A stretch of 64,000 nucleotides of DNA from Ylistrum balloti. Lineage: Eukaryota. Positions within the stretch are counted from its first letter, which is position 1, and every line of letters starts with the position of its first letter. The notes under the pieces are model-generated. The model was not told the DNA's origin and ran no database searches. It saw nothing but the letters and a program-made list of their open reading frames with translations. This document shows positions 27,110 to 44,727 of this stretch, in pieces. Location: contig NW_026782609.1 in assembly GCF_031769215.1 (NCBI RefSeq), positions 186,001-250,000 on the forward strand, in the 5' to 3' direction. The translations under genes and the position numbers were made by a program.

Positions 27110-30100
27110 ACAGCAGCATTATCTCATACTGTTACAGTACACCATAACAGCCAGTATGATACCATAATGACAGTATTATCTCATACTGTTACAGTACACC
27201 ATAACAGCCAGTATGATACCATAATGACAGTATTATCTCATACTGTTACAGTACACCATAACAGTAGTATGATACCATACATACAGCAGTATTATCTCAT
27301 ACTGTTACAGTACACCATAACAGCCAGTATGATACCATAATGACAGTATTATCTCATACTGTTACAGTACACCATAACAGTAGTATGATACCATACATAC
27401 AGCAGTATTATCTCATACTGTTACAGTACACCATAACAGTAGTATGATACCATACATACAGCAGTATTATCTCATACTGTTACAGTACACCATAACAGCC
27501 AGTATGATACCATAATGACAGTATTATCTCATACTGTTACAGTACACCATAACAGTAGTATGATACCATACATACAGCAGTATTATCTCATACTGTTACA
27601 GTACACCATAACAGTAGTATGATACCATACATACAGCAGTATTATCTCATACTGTTACAGTACACCATAACAGCCAGTATGATACCATAATGACAGTATT
27701 ATCTCATACTGTTACAGTACACCATAACAGTAGTATGATACCATACATACAGCAGTATTATCTCATACTGTTACAGTACACCATAACAGTAGTATGATAC
27801 CATACATACAGCAGTATTATCTCATACTGTTACAGTACACCATAACAGTAGTATGATACCATACATACAGTAGTATTATCTCATACTGTTACAGTACACC
27901 ATAACAGTAGTATGATACCATACATACAGTAGTATTATCTCATACTGTTACAGTACACCATAACAGTAGTATGATACCATACATACAGTAGTATTATCTC
28001 ATACTGTTACAGTACACCATAACAGTAGTATGATACCATACATACAGTAGTATTATCTCATACTGTTACAGTACACCATAACAGTAGTATGATACCATAC
28101 ATACAGCAGTATTATCTCATACTGTTACAGTACACCATAACAGTAGTATGATACCATAACAGCAGTATGATATCATAACAGCAGTATTATCTCATACTGT
28201 TACAGTACACCATAACAGCAGTATGATATCATAACAGCAGTATGATATCATAACAGCAGTATTATCTCATACTGTTACAGTACACCATAACAGCAGTATG
28301 ATACCATAACGACAGTATTATCTCATACTGTTACAGTACACCATAACAGCAGTATGATATCATAACAGCAGTACGATATCATAACAGCAGTATTATCTCA
28401 TACTGTTACAGTACACCATAACAGCAGTATGATACCATAACAGCAGTATTATCTCATACTGTTACAGTACACCATAACAACCAGTATGACATCAAACATA
28501 CAGCAGTATTATCTCATACTGTTACAGTACACCATAACAGCAGTATGATACCATACATACAGCAGTATTATCTCATACTGTTACAGTACACCATAACAGC
28601 AGTATGATACCATACATACAGCAGTATGATATCATACTGTTACAGTACACATAACAGTAGTATGATACCATACATACAGCAGTATTATCTCATACTGTTA
28701 CAGTACACCATAACAGTAGTATGATACCATAACAGCAGTATTATCTCATACTGTTACAGTACACCATAACAACCAGTATGATACCATACATACAGTATTA
28801 TTATCTCATACTGTTACAGTACACCATAACAGCCAGTATGATACCATACATACAGCAGTATTATCTCATACTGTTACAGTACACCATAACAGTAGTATGA
28901 TACCATAACGACAGTATTATTATCTCATACTGTTACAGTACACCATAGCAGCAGTATGATATCATAACAGCAGTATGATACCATACATACAGCAGTATGA
29001 TATCATACTGTTACAGTACACCATAACAGCAGTATGATATCATAACAGCAGTACGATATCATAACAGCAGTATTATCTCATACTGTTACAGTACACCATA
29101 ACAACCAGTATGATACCATACATACAGCAGTATTATCTCATACTGTTACAGTACACCATAACAACCAGTATGATACCATACATACAGCAGTATTATCTCA
29201 TACTGTTACAGTACACCATAACAGCAGTATGATACCATAACAGCAGTATTATCTCATACTGTTACAGTACACCATAACAACCAGTATGACATCAAACATA
29301 CAGCAGTATTATCTCATACTGTTACAGTACACCATAACAGCAGTATGATACCATACATACAGCAGTATGATATCATACTGATACAGTACACATAACAGTA
29401 GTATGATACCATACATACAGCAGTATTATCTCATACTGTTACAGTACACCATAACAGTAGTATGATACCATAACGACAGTATTATCTCATACTGTTACAG
29501 TACACCATAACAACCAGTATGATACCATAACAGCAGTATTATCTCATACTGTTACAGTACACCATAACAACCAGTATGATACCATACATACAGCAGTATG
29601 ATACCATACATACAGTAGTATTATCTCATACTGTTACAGTACACCATAACAGCAGTATGATACCATACATACAGTATTATTATCTCATACTGTTACAGTA
29701 CACCATAACAGCCAGTATGATACCATACATACAGCAGTATTATCTCATACTGTTACAGTACACCATAACAGTAGTATGATACCATAACGACAGTATTATC
29801 TCATACTGTTACAGTACACCATAACAACCAGTATGATACCATAACAGCAGTATTATCTCATACTGTTACAGTACACCATAACAACCAGTATGATACCATA
29901 CATACAGCAGTATGATACCATACATACAGCAGTATGATATCATACTGTTACAGTACACCATAACAGTAGTATGATACCATACATACAGTATTATTATCTC
30001 ATACTGTTACAGTACACCATAACAGCCAGTATGATACCATACATACAGTATTATTATCTCATACTGTTACAGTACACCATAACAGTAGTATGATACCATA

Positions 30101-30230
30101 CATACAGTAGTATTATCTCATACTGTTACAGTACACCATAACAGCAGTATGATACCATACATACAGTATTATTATCTCATACTGTTACAGTACACCATAA
30201 CAGCAGTATGATATCATAACAGCAGTATAG
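27110..30230. repeat. ~55-59-bp satellite, about 3.1 kb
   Basis: Unit cagtattatctcatactgttacagtacaccataacagtagtatgataccatacatacag, with internal sub-repeat variants. Confidence 0.97.
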
Positions 30231-30779
30231 TTATAATTCAATGTTATAATTCTTGAAAACAATTCCCTCATGATCTATAAATATTAACCAAGATCATGGT
30301 GTTATAAACGTATTTGATACGTATATGGTAACAGTGTGTGATATACATTGACAGCTGTATACTGTCTCTGTTGTTGTTGATTGGGAGCCTAACAACTACA
30401 AAGACTGCTGTTGCAGCGTGATTCAGTATCACAGCCAATGAAATAAAGCCAAGAACTCGAAACTGAAAGAGCATACATTGATTTAACACGGAGACTTGGT
30501 TAAGCAAATATGATTTATAAATAATTATTGCATTCAAATCACTAAACATTGTCACCTCATACAATATGACTTAGATACCATCGACTGTCCGTCATTGTTT
30601 CTGGTAGGTGAGAAGTCCGCCTGGAGGCGTCGTGCCAGGATATACATATATAGTAAGGTGAACCGTTTTAAAGAATCGTCACAGGAAACATGAGGGCACA
30701 AAACCCACATCATACACCTCCGTGAGTCCTTAAAATCTGTACATGTTATGAGTGGTATTTGCTTGAAGTCTACCTAAAA

Positions 30780-32250
30780 TTTTACACGTCTGACATGTTA
30801 TAATTGTGACATACACTCATCATACGTGTCTAACATGTTATAACTGTAACATACACCCATCACACGTGTCTAACATTTTATAACTGTGACATACACCCAT
30901 CACACGTGTCTAACATGTTATAACTGTGACATACACCCATCATACGTGTCTGACATTTATAACTGTGACATACACCCATCATACGAGTCTGACATTTTAT
31001 AACTGTGTCATGCACCCATCATACGAGTCTGACATTTAATAACAGTGTCATACACCCGTCATACGTGTCTGACATTTTATAACTGTGTCATACACCCATC
31101 ATACGTGTCAGACATGCTATAACTGTAACATACCCCCTCATACGTGTCTGACATGTTATAACTGTGACATACACCTATCATACGTGACTGGCATGTTATA
31201 ACTGTATCATACGTGTCTGACATTTTATAACTGTGACATACACCCATCATACATGTCTGACATGTTATAACTTTGACATACACCCATCACACGTGTCTGA
31301 CACGTTATAACTGTGAAATACACCTATCATACGTGACTGACATGTATAACTGTGACATACACCCATCATACATGTCTGACATGTTATAACTGTGACATAC
31401 ACCCATCACACGTGTCTGACACGTTATAACTGTGAAATACACCCATCACACGTGTCTGACATTTATAACTGTGACATACAACCATCATACGTGTCTGACA
31501 TTTATAACTGTGACATACACCCATCATACGAGTCTGACACGTTATAACTATGACATACACCTATCATACGTGACTGACATGTATAACTGTGACATACACC
31601 CATCATACGAGTCTGACATTTTATAACTGTGTCATACACCCATCATACATGTCTGACATGTTATAACTGTGACATACACCTATCATACGTGTCTGACATT
31701 TATAACTGTAACACACACTCATCACACGTGTCTGACATTTATAACTGTGACATACACCCATCATACGAGTCTGACATTTTATAACTGTGTCATGCACCCA
31801 TCATACGAGTCTGACATTTAATAACAGTGTCATACACCCGTCATACGTGTCTGACATTTTATAACTGTGTCATACACCCATCATACGTGTCAGACATGCT
31901 ATAACTGTAACATACCCCCTCATACGTGTCTGACATGTTATAACTGTGACATACACCTATCATACGTGACTGACATGTTATAACTGTATCATACACTCAT
32001 CATACGTGTCTGACACGTTATAACTGTGTCATACACATATCATACGTGTCTGACATTTTATAACTGTGACATACACCCATCATACATGTCTGACATGTTA
32101 TAACTGTGACATACACCCATCACACGTGTCTGACACGTTATAACTGTGAAATACACCTATCATACGTGACTGACACGTTATAACTGTGACATACACCCAT
32201 CATACGTGACTGACACGTTATAACTGTGTCATACACCCACCATACATGTC
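30780..32250. repeat. ~39-40-bp satellite with a higher-order duplication
   Basis: Unit ataactgtgacatacacccatcatacgtgtctgacatgtt; the variant pattern at about 30960 recurs at about 31740. Confidence 0.96.
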
Positions 32251-32389
32251 CGACATGTTTCAATTAATACATAGCTTGGTATGTTGTAACGTTATGCTAT
32301 TGTTATGGTTTAATATGCTTTTAACTGTCGTGTTATACTGATGTGTATCGTACTGTTTGACATGTTTTGTTGCCAAGTTATAATGATAT

Positions 32390-33000
32390 GTAATACTGAG
32401 TGATGTATTATATCGACATGTATAACGCTGAGTGACATGTTATATTGACGTGTGTTATACTGAGTGACATGTTATACTGACGTGTTATACTGAGTTACAT
32501 GTTATACTGACGTGTGTTATACTGATTGACGTGTGTTATACTGATTGACGTGTGTTATACTGAGTGACATGTTATACTGACGTGTGTTATACTGAGTGAC
32601 ATGTTATACTGACGTGTGTTACACTGAGTGACATGTTATACTGACGTGTGTCATACTCAATGACATGTTATACTGACGTGTGTCATACTGAGTGACATGT
32701 TATACTGATGTGTTATACTGAGTGACATGTTATACTGACGTGTGTTATACTGAGTGACATGTTATACTGACGTGTGTTATACTAAGTGACGTGTGTTATA
32801 CTGATGTGTGGTATACTGAGTGACGTGTGTTATACTGACGTGTGGTATACTGAGTGACGTGTGTTATACTGACGTGTGGTATACTGAGTGACATGTTATA
32901 CTAACGTGTGTTATACTGAGTGACTTGTTATAATGACGTGTGTTATACTAAATGACGTGTTATAATGACGTGTGTTATACTGAGTGACTTGTTATAATGA
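32390..33000. repeat. Degenerate ~16-32-bp tandem repeat
   Basis: gtgttatactgagtgacatgttatactgacgt and half-units. Confidence 0.92.
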
Positions 33001-33819
33001 CGTGTTTTACAGCTTTGACCTTTTATACATATCTGCTACCCTTGCATGTCGATTTATATCATTACGATATAATGAGGTATCCTTTTTGTGTTGCTTCAAA
33101 AATTGAAAATTTTAACTATGAAAAAGTCAGAAGAATCATGTGCCTGTTATTTAAAATGCGTTATTTCAAACCGCATTCTATGATCCTATACTTAACTTGA
33201 CCCAAATTTTAAGCGATGAATGCCGAATGTCGGTGACCGTTGGCCCTCGTGATCATCGCTCATTTACTTACACCGACTTATGAACTGGACCATGTAAACA
33301 TAGTTGTCAACTTTTTATACCTTAATGGCTGTGTAAATCAAAATTTGATTTAATCCTGTGTAGACTCTAGTACAAACATACATCTTGTCGACTGGACGCC
33401 GGCATGAAGTGTTCGCAGGAGAGTTTGGAATGGGATGGAGAAACTACACCCTACTCACATACGTTTCCTTGTGGACATCGTTCGTGCCAGTTACAACTTG
33501 TCTGTGTAGGTGCTCTTCCTTAAAACGTAATCAGCGGCATTGGTATGAAATATAATTAAACAGTTATTGTGTAATATCTACTTCATAGCCCAATGTTGTC
33601 GCTCGTGAATGGTAACATGTTTCGTTGTGTTTGAGAGTCAATAAAGCTAATCGGTGTCCATGTTACATCACTTGGACGACTTTAAGGCCACCAGTAAGTG
33701 ATCGGATTATATGGCTACTGTTGTTCTGATTGGTCAGAACTAATAAATCGATAAGGGTTTAGAACACTACTGTATTAAAAACGTTAAAGGATGCGACTAA
33801 GTTTGGTGTCAGCGATAAC

Positions 33820-34200
33820 CGTAATTATAGCTAGTCTAATTCTGAGTGTACACAATGCGTAGTTATAGCTAGTCTAATTCTGAGTTTACACAATACGTAA
33901 TTATAGCTAGTCTAATTTTGACTTTACACAATACGTAATTATAGCTAGTCTAATTTTGAGTCTACACAATACGTAATTATAGCTAGTCTAATTTTGAGTT
34001 AACACAATACGTAATTATAGCTGGTCTAATTTTGAGTCTACACAATACGTAATTATAGCTAGTCTAATTTTGAGTCTACACAATACGTAATTATAGCTAG
34101 TCTAATTTTGAGTTTACACAATACATAATCATAGCTAGTCGAATTTTGAGGTTACACAATACGTAATTATAGCTAGTCTAATGTTGAGTCTACACAATAC
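33820..34200. repeat. 38-bp tandem repeat
   Basis: Unit cgtaattatagctagtctaattttgagtctacacaata, about 10 copies. Confidence 0.95.
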
Positions 34201-35845
34201 GCAATTTATTTCATAAGATGCGATCTGTATGTGCACTGATTTGTATGGCAAATCCATGTTAAAGAATAACATGTTTCTTACCATAGCTGATGACCGTGAT
34301 GAAGCTCATAGTGAGAAATGATTGAATATTGAAACTCATCCTGCTGATATCTGTGGGTTACATGTATGTATGACTGGTTGTCGTGATCACTGTTGTTTGT
34401 ATGGCTGGTTGTCGTGATCACTGTTGTTGACATGTCTTTAAAACAACTTAGGTTTGCCCGTTGAAACTATTTTTTTGAAGTGAAGTCAAACATTGTGTAG
34501 AAAGCTGGGTGGTTGTGAGGTAACTGCAGTATGTTAGACTAGTTGTAATACTCTGATTATGTATACAATGTTGTCTGTAGATTTGATTGTCTGTCTCAGT
34601 TTTTCTGTACACAACTTGGCTTCATGAAATGTCATGCTGATAACTTCTGTCGAGATTCCTGCTGTGGTCGACTGCTGTATGCAATACATGGGGTCGTGAT
34701 AACTTAAAAAAAGGATCTCGATGTCGTGATAACGAGGACTGTAGTATGTAGACGTGGTTGTCGTGATTACTGTGGTAAATATGATGACCGCTGTACGTGC
34801 TTGTTGTATGGGTTACCGCACTGATGTATGTCGACATCTTATCAAAAGTTTAGTACAGATGATTACAATATTTATCATAGAAAAACATAACTAAATAAGA
34901 ACTCTAGTTTGATATATTGCTATGCTGGGTCTATAAACAGTATATTTAATTTGGCCTTGCCGTCACTCCTGGGAACCAACGTGTATATAGTATTCGTGCC
35001 GTTCGTGGCTTTACTGTAGCCTCTTTGAGTCTCTAACAATTATTATTGAATTGAGTTAAATGGATTATTGGGTTTAAAGGCCCTATTCCAGATCAATCTA
35101 CATATCAGTTAATTGGAGCTGTTTGTAACGATGGTATTTAAATGTCTACATATGTAGAGTTATTGTAAGCAAGTATAGCCCTGTTTGATTATGACATTTA
35201 AATATAACTATATAATTACCAGAGATCAAAAGCCACAGCCTCGAGGACCAGTAAATTTCAATACATTTCCCCCAAACTTTTTTTAATGTACAATCAACTA
35301 TCATTACAATTCACGTGTTAAATAACTCGTTCCCGATTATGTGTTTGTATTACATGTGATATTTGTACATTTGACAATCACACAATACCGTTCCAGTCGT
35401 TAATCATTAACGACTTTTTTAGATCCCAATCAGAATTACGTAAAACTTGTATCTTTCCTCGATTTTAAGTAACATTTACTCCAAACAAAATTCTTGGTGC
35501 TCTGAATTTTCCGTTCGGGTGAAAAAGGGGAAGCGAGGTTTTAGAAATACAAACAGTCTGAAGTTGTTATTTGGTATTAATATAACACTAATGCTGACTG
35601 TTCAGTGTGTTACCTATCAATATTGTAAGCGATAATATTTACAGAGTATAATCCCTCAGCTCTTCTAACAGACTATATGATCTAAAGAGTGTTTAAAATA
35701 CCTACAGAAACATCACATACGTCATGAAAACATTCGGTGTCTAACTTAATCTAGAATGTATATATTTTAATTTCGCGTAAATAACTAAATGTATAATAGC
35801 AACAGAGATACTCCAATCACTACCATTGAGAATATCCAAACTCAC

Positions 35846-36262
35846 CTCTCCATTTTCGTTATTATTTCCTTTGCCACCTTTCCTTAGTTTCACTGGCGGG
35901 AAAAATCCATTGACTTTTCGTCTGCTCTTTCCACGGGGAACTCCGAATCCATCAAAAGCTACAACGCTGGGTTTGGACACTTGTCTCGGTTTGTTAACAT
36001 AATCTGTGGAAGAATTGTATACCTGGGTAGTTCTACCCTGCCTGCCCGGCATGTTGGGCTGTTGGACATCCGTGTGAGCCGGAACACTCCGTACGTTCGC
36101 TTGTGTGCTACGTCCCGCACCTGGAATTGTCACAGAAACCGGAACTGTCCCCACACCATCCGCACTGAGCCCAGCTGCACCACCAAGCCTGTGTGGCCCT
36201 CGAAGTGAACTTTCGTTAATCGGCGGTAATTTGACCCCTTCGCTTGCTTGTTGTGACGACAT
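35846..36262 (-). CDS. Probable first coding exon of an uncharacterised protein (possibly the same gene as 23321-24637)
   Basis: 139-codon GC-rich ORF MSSQQASEGVKLPPINESS...KGNNNENGE ending at a strong phase-0 donor GAG|gtgagt at 35845. Confidence 0.65.
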
Positions 36263-38994
36263 GAGTCGCTCATGAGCGGTGTAATTATATGTAATGTATC
36301 CAGACTAAAACTTAAATCCTCTTTCGTAGATCTTAAACGTTGATTCTTCTTAAAACGTTTTCTTTTGTCTATAGGTAAAGAACGGCAAGTCGCAGGTCAT
36401 TTAAATTGTATTAGAGTGTAGATATGGGCCGATTCTCAAGCCCCACAAGTCCATCATAGGTCGACGTATGTTAAGAAAACACTTCAACTTAATAGCTCGA
36501 TCTTTGCTTTAAATTTAAAATATTTGTATGCTTCATAAGCTATTCAGTGGCGTCATGGCCGGCTACCTCCCCCTTTGAGAAAGATCACATCGATTTGCGA
36601 CGATAGGTCCTTAACGCGGCTTGTGTATATGTACCGCGCAATACTAGAAAAAATGTCATTTCCAAGTCCTCAATCTTTTTAAAAGCTCTCATAACAAAAA
36701 ATGTGTACTGGGTATAGAAGCAGGGTGAATATTCCGTCACCCGTAGGTCTGATAGGATCAATAGTCCGTATCTACCAATCACAGATCGATAATAGAACAA
36801 TAGGTTTACATGCGCATTCCGTAAGTCGTGTAATACACAGTGTGGTGTTTACCTGGACAGTACAACACGTAAACCGTGATAAATACCATCTCTATTTATC
36901 GCAGAAGTAAATGTTCACTTGTAATTAAATCTTTAAAGTGCGTGGAATTTTCGCAAGCCGAATGAAAATATTGAAAAGTTCATAAATTTAATTAAATTTC
37001 ACGTTTTTTTAATCAAAGTAGTATTGTTTGCATAAGCTGTACGTATTAGTTACTCACTGGGATTATATCAAATATCCAGCTGTGTGGAGTGCCTTTAGCA
37101 ATTCAGTGTCTGTAAAGCGAAATGTGACGTTTGCGCTTATACACCGATTCGAACCCGGGACCTGTATTGGCACACGCTCCGACGGATTTGGTCGCAAAGT
37201 CAATCCGTTCTGGTAAAAACGACCTAAAGTGAACGACTGTTCGGGGCAAAGGTTGGGTTTGAAGGTTAAACGAAAACCGGGCATTTTACTTCTGTTTTCT
37301 CTCTAATACACATACACAATGATCGAAAGTTTCAGTCCGCAGAACACCCACGTAAGAAATGTGCCGAACAAGTGAATATGGTAGTCACTTCGATAACGTC
37401 CATGACTAAGAGGTACACCTTGATTGGTATTACCAACCTCTGCAAACCAAACAAAATTCAGGCAGCCCAACACCATACAGGTTTATTAACAGCTATAGAC
37501 TTTTACCGCACCAATGCTACTACAACGAAATTATCAGAGATATGTCAAATTTATTTAATCATAGGATGCGTGCAACTCCCCATCTAGATTTTGACATATT
37601 CCCGGTCAATTTTCGTTTTCCTCGGTCGTTTCCAATGTTTCAAAATATAGTCACTTTAATATAAGCTGCGTCATGCAAATCTTATCCCTTTGAATTAAAC
37701 GGCGCTATCTGCCTTGGTGTCATTTGTACAATCTTCCAACCCCATTGGTCAAATTGACATTGGATGAGAAGTCAGACTGACCAATCGTTTTGTTTATATC
37801 CACCGCACCGACAACTCAGTCTCAGTTGAACTTAAAGGTCCTCCACAACATATCATTGACATTATGTTGAAAACAAGTCGAGACAACTGTTTAAAATACT
37901 ATAGAAAAGTGCAGCCGGCTTAATGAACTTCCTGAGCGACTTGGTGATTACCAATGACGTCACAGCCGGAGTATGGAAATGGTTACAATGTGAAACAACT
38001 AATGGACCGATGAATCCCGTTTTTAAGTAACTAACAGTTATACAAGTTAGCAATAAAATGAGAACTAAGAAGTACCGATGGTGGATCGACAATTCTTTCT
38101 AGTAGTTAATGTTTCGTCAATGAAACAACTTTTCAATCTGATCTGGGGCATGGCCCAGATTTTTTGAAGAAATATTAATAAATAATGTCTCATTTCATGT
38201 GACCTGAAGTGCATGATGAAATTTCAGTTGATAATTCTTGCAAATGGCCACTTCGAAAATTTTAGAGGGGGCACCCTTCTGCAAACTCCATCTTTCCAGT
38301 TAAAAAAAGTGCAATAGTTTGTCAGACCGATGTGTCGCCGACAGCCATGGCTGTACTTTAAATCGTTTTAGTTTACCAACAGAAACTTAAGCTCACTAGT
38401 CCCCCAAAATAATTAAACGTTAATAAATCTGTAGGGTTTAATTTGTGGATTCACGGCTTTGCCATACAATTCAGTTTCGATCAGTCTAAAAAAGGTTTCT
38501 ATGTACATAAAGGGATTAAGGGAAATCTACATAAAATTTGAGAATAATCTGACTTCTCCAAAAATAGCCGATGATCAAGGATTGTCAAAAACCAAGATGT
38601 CCACCTGTTAGCCATCTTGTTAATCCGATCAGTCCCAAAATGGACCATGCACAAACAGGGACCAACAGGAAACCTACATACAAAGCTGGAGAAGGATCCA
38701 TCCGGTGTGCTTCTTTGCAAAAAGGATACTAAGAATGGTTTTGGACAGACAATGGTGGTCGAATATGATGGTGGGCTCAATATTTCCCTAGCATATAATG
38801 ATCAAATTGCTACACAATCAGCTTTTCTTCTCGAAAATCTTGAAACATGTCGGACAACAACATAAATTCACACACAAAACAGTCATTTTTTCAAATTTAT
38901 TTTTTGTGTGAAGTTCTACCATGAGAACATCCATGATCAGTGTCCGTGAAAATCTAACAGCTGACCAGCCTGGATTTGTCCTTCACAAATATTC

Positions 38995-43383
<4,389 letters not shown>

Positions 43384-44059
43384 CGTGGCGTTGATCTGGG
43401 AGTTACGGTGATCAACCTGTTAAAAAACTTTATTATTATTTGTTTGGAATACTGGGATGCTATAATTTCATGCTTGAGGATTTTCTAGTGGATTAAACTG
43501 ATTATGCTACATCACATTCACATTTAGCAATAAGCAACAAAAAGACAAGACAGAGCTGAATATCTTTTTAACAAAAAACAGACTTGCCTAGCATTGCCTA
43601 CCTTTCCTCTATTGAATGAAATTTTTCCATTAATGAAATGAAAGTACAATGGTGGTTAAAATGACATCTTTCAAGTTAAATTTAAGTTTGGGTTTTTTTT
43701 TATGTTTATAAGATGTTTGAAAACTGCTTAGCAACAATATGGAGGCTAAATAGGTGTGCGCAATTATGTTCCCTCTTGTTTCCAAACCAAGTAGTAAGCA
43801 ATGAAGGTTGATATTTGTACTTATAACCATGTCCGACAATCTTTATCGTTTCATAATAAATATCATAGAAACATATATAAATATGTAATGAAAGCATGTG
43901 AAATCACGTTTCCTCACGCTAACATAAGGGAAACAACTCCTGGTAAGTGCAGATGGAGATGGTACCCTGTGCACCGAACCAAAATGCTGCCATAAAGGAT
44001 GCAAAGCCCGATATCAACATAATCAGTAGTTCTATTGTAATAGAAAGGAGTAATGAAAA

Positions 44060-44170
44060 ACACCTTGGCACCGCTGGGCTTCGAACTAGCGACCCTTCGG
44101 TCTCCAGTCCGACACTGAACTTCTCGCCTAAAGAGAAGATCCCACTAGCTGCGCCTAGCAAGATTACCTG
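44060..44170 (-). mobile_element. tRNA-derived SINE head in RPSA intron 1
   Basis: Minus strand ...GGAGACCGAAGGGTCGCTAGTTCGAAGCCCAGCGG contains a B-box (GTTCGAAGCC) and tRNA-like arms but no complete cloverleaf. Confidence 0.45.
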
Positions 44171-44624
44171 TACTCTTAACTTCTACAGTATATATATAAT
44201 TTTGCCGTTATAATACAGCATCATATTGGTTTTTTTTTAATAATACCACAATGAATTTGGGTTACCCCCAAACTTGGCTCCGTGCTTGCAGAACTTCTGG
44301 GATGACTTCCATTACAATTGGTTACTTTAGTCATGGGAAGTTATATAAAATGTTTGAAAATACACGAAATGGGGGCTGAAATAATTCGTCTAGTAAAACA
44401 AGCATGAAAATAAAGACCATCTTTAATGAAATATCTTAAGCTTATCAAAACGACGCGGCCTTATAAAGATATTAATTCACTAATATATCGAGATTATGGA
44501 CACGAAAACATAGTTTTGATTATGTTTAATTGGATATATATTTATTCGCGATCACTTTAATTGAAAATACTGACAAAACTTGTCTAAATATCACTAGAAA
44601 CACTGAAAACAACACGAGCCTTAC

Positions 44625-44667
44625 GTTATGCGTTTGACGCCAAATGGAGTCGATGTGAAAAAGGAAG
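44625..44667 (-). promoter_or_regulatory. RPSA: RPSA non-coding exon 1 with 5' terminal oligopyrimidine (TOP) tract
   Basis: The minus strand reads CTTCCTTTTTCACATCG...CATAAC|gtaagg. A C-initiated pyrimidine run and a short non-coding first exon are typical of ribosomal protein genes. Confidence 0.8.
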
Positions 44668-44699
44668 TACAACGTGCTAAGATTATTCGGGGTTTACAC

Positions 44700-44727
44700 C
44701 TTCCGCTCCATGGTGTCCACCGGAAGT
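44700..44727. promoter_or_regulatory. Opposed ETS/GABP-type motifs in the RPSA-POLG2 bidirectional promoter
   Basis: CTTCCG at 44700-44705 and CCGGAAGT at 44720-44727, between the RPSA TOP start and a plus-strand donor CAG|gtaaca at 44781. Confidence 0.55.

Noticed and set aside
37120-37200. Possible tRNA gene (GGTTCGAATC on -)
   Set aside because: B-box and T-arm only; no acceptor stem or D-arm can be formed. At most a SINE remnant.
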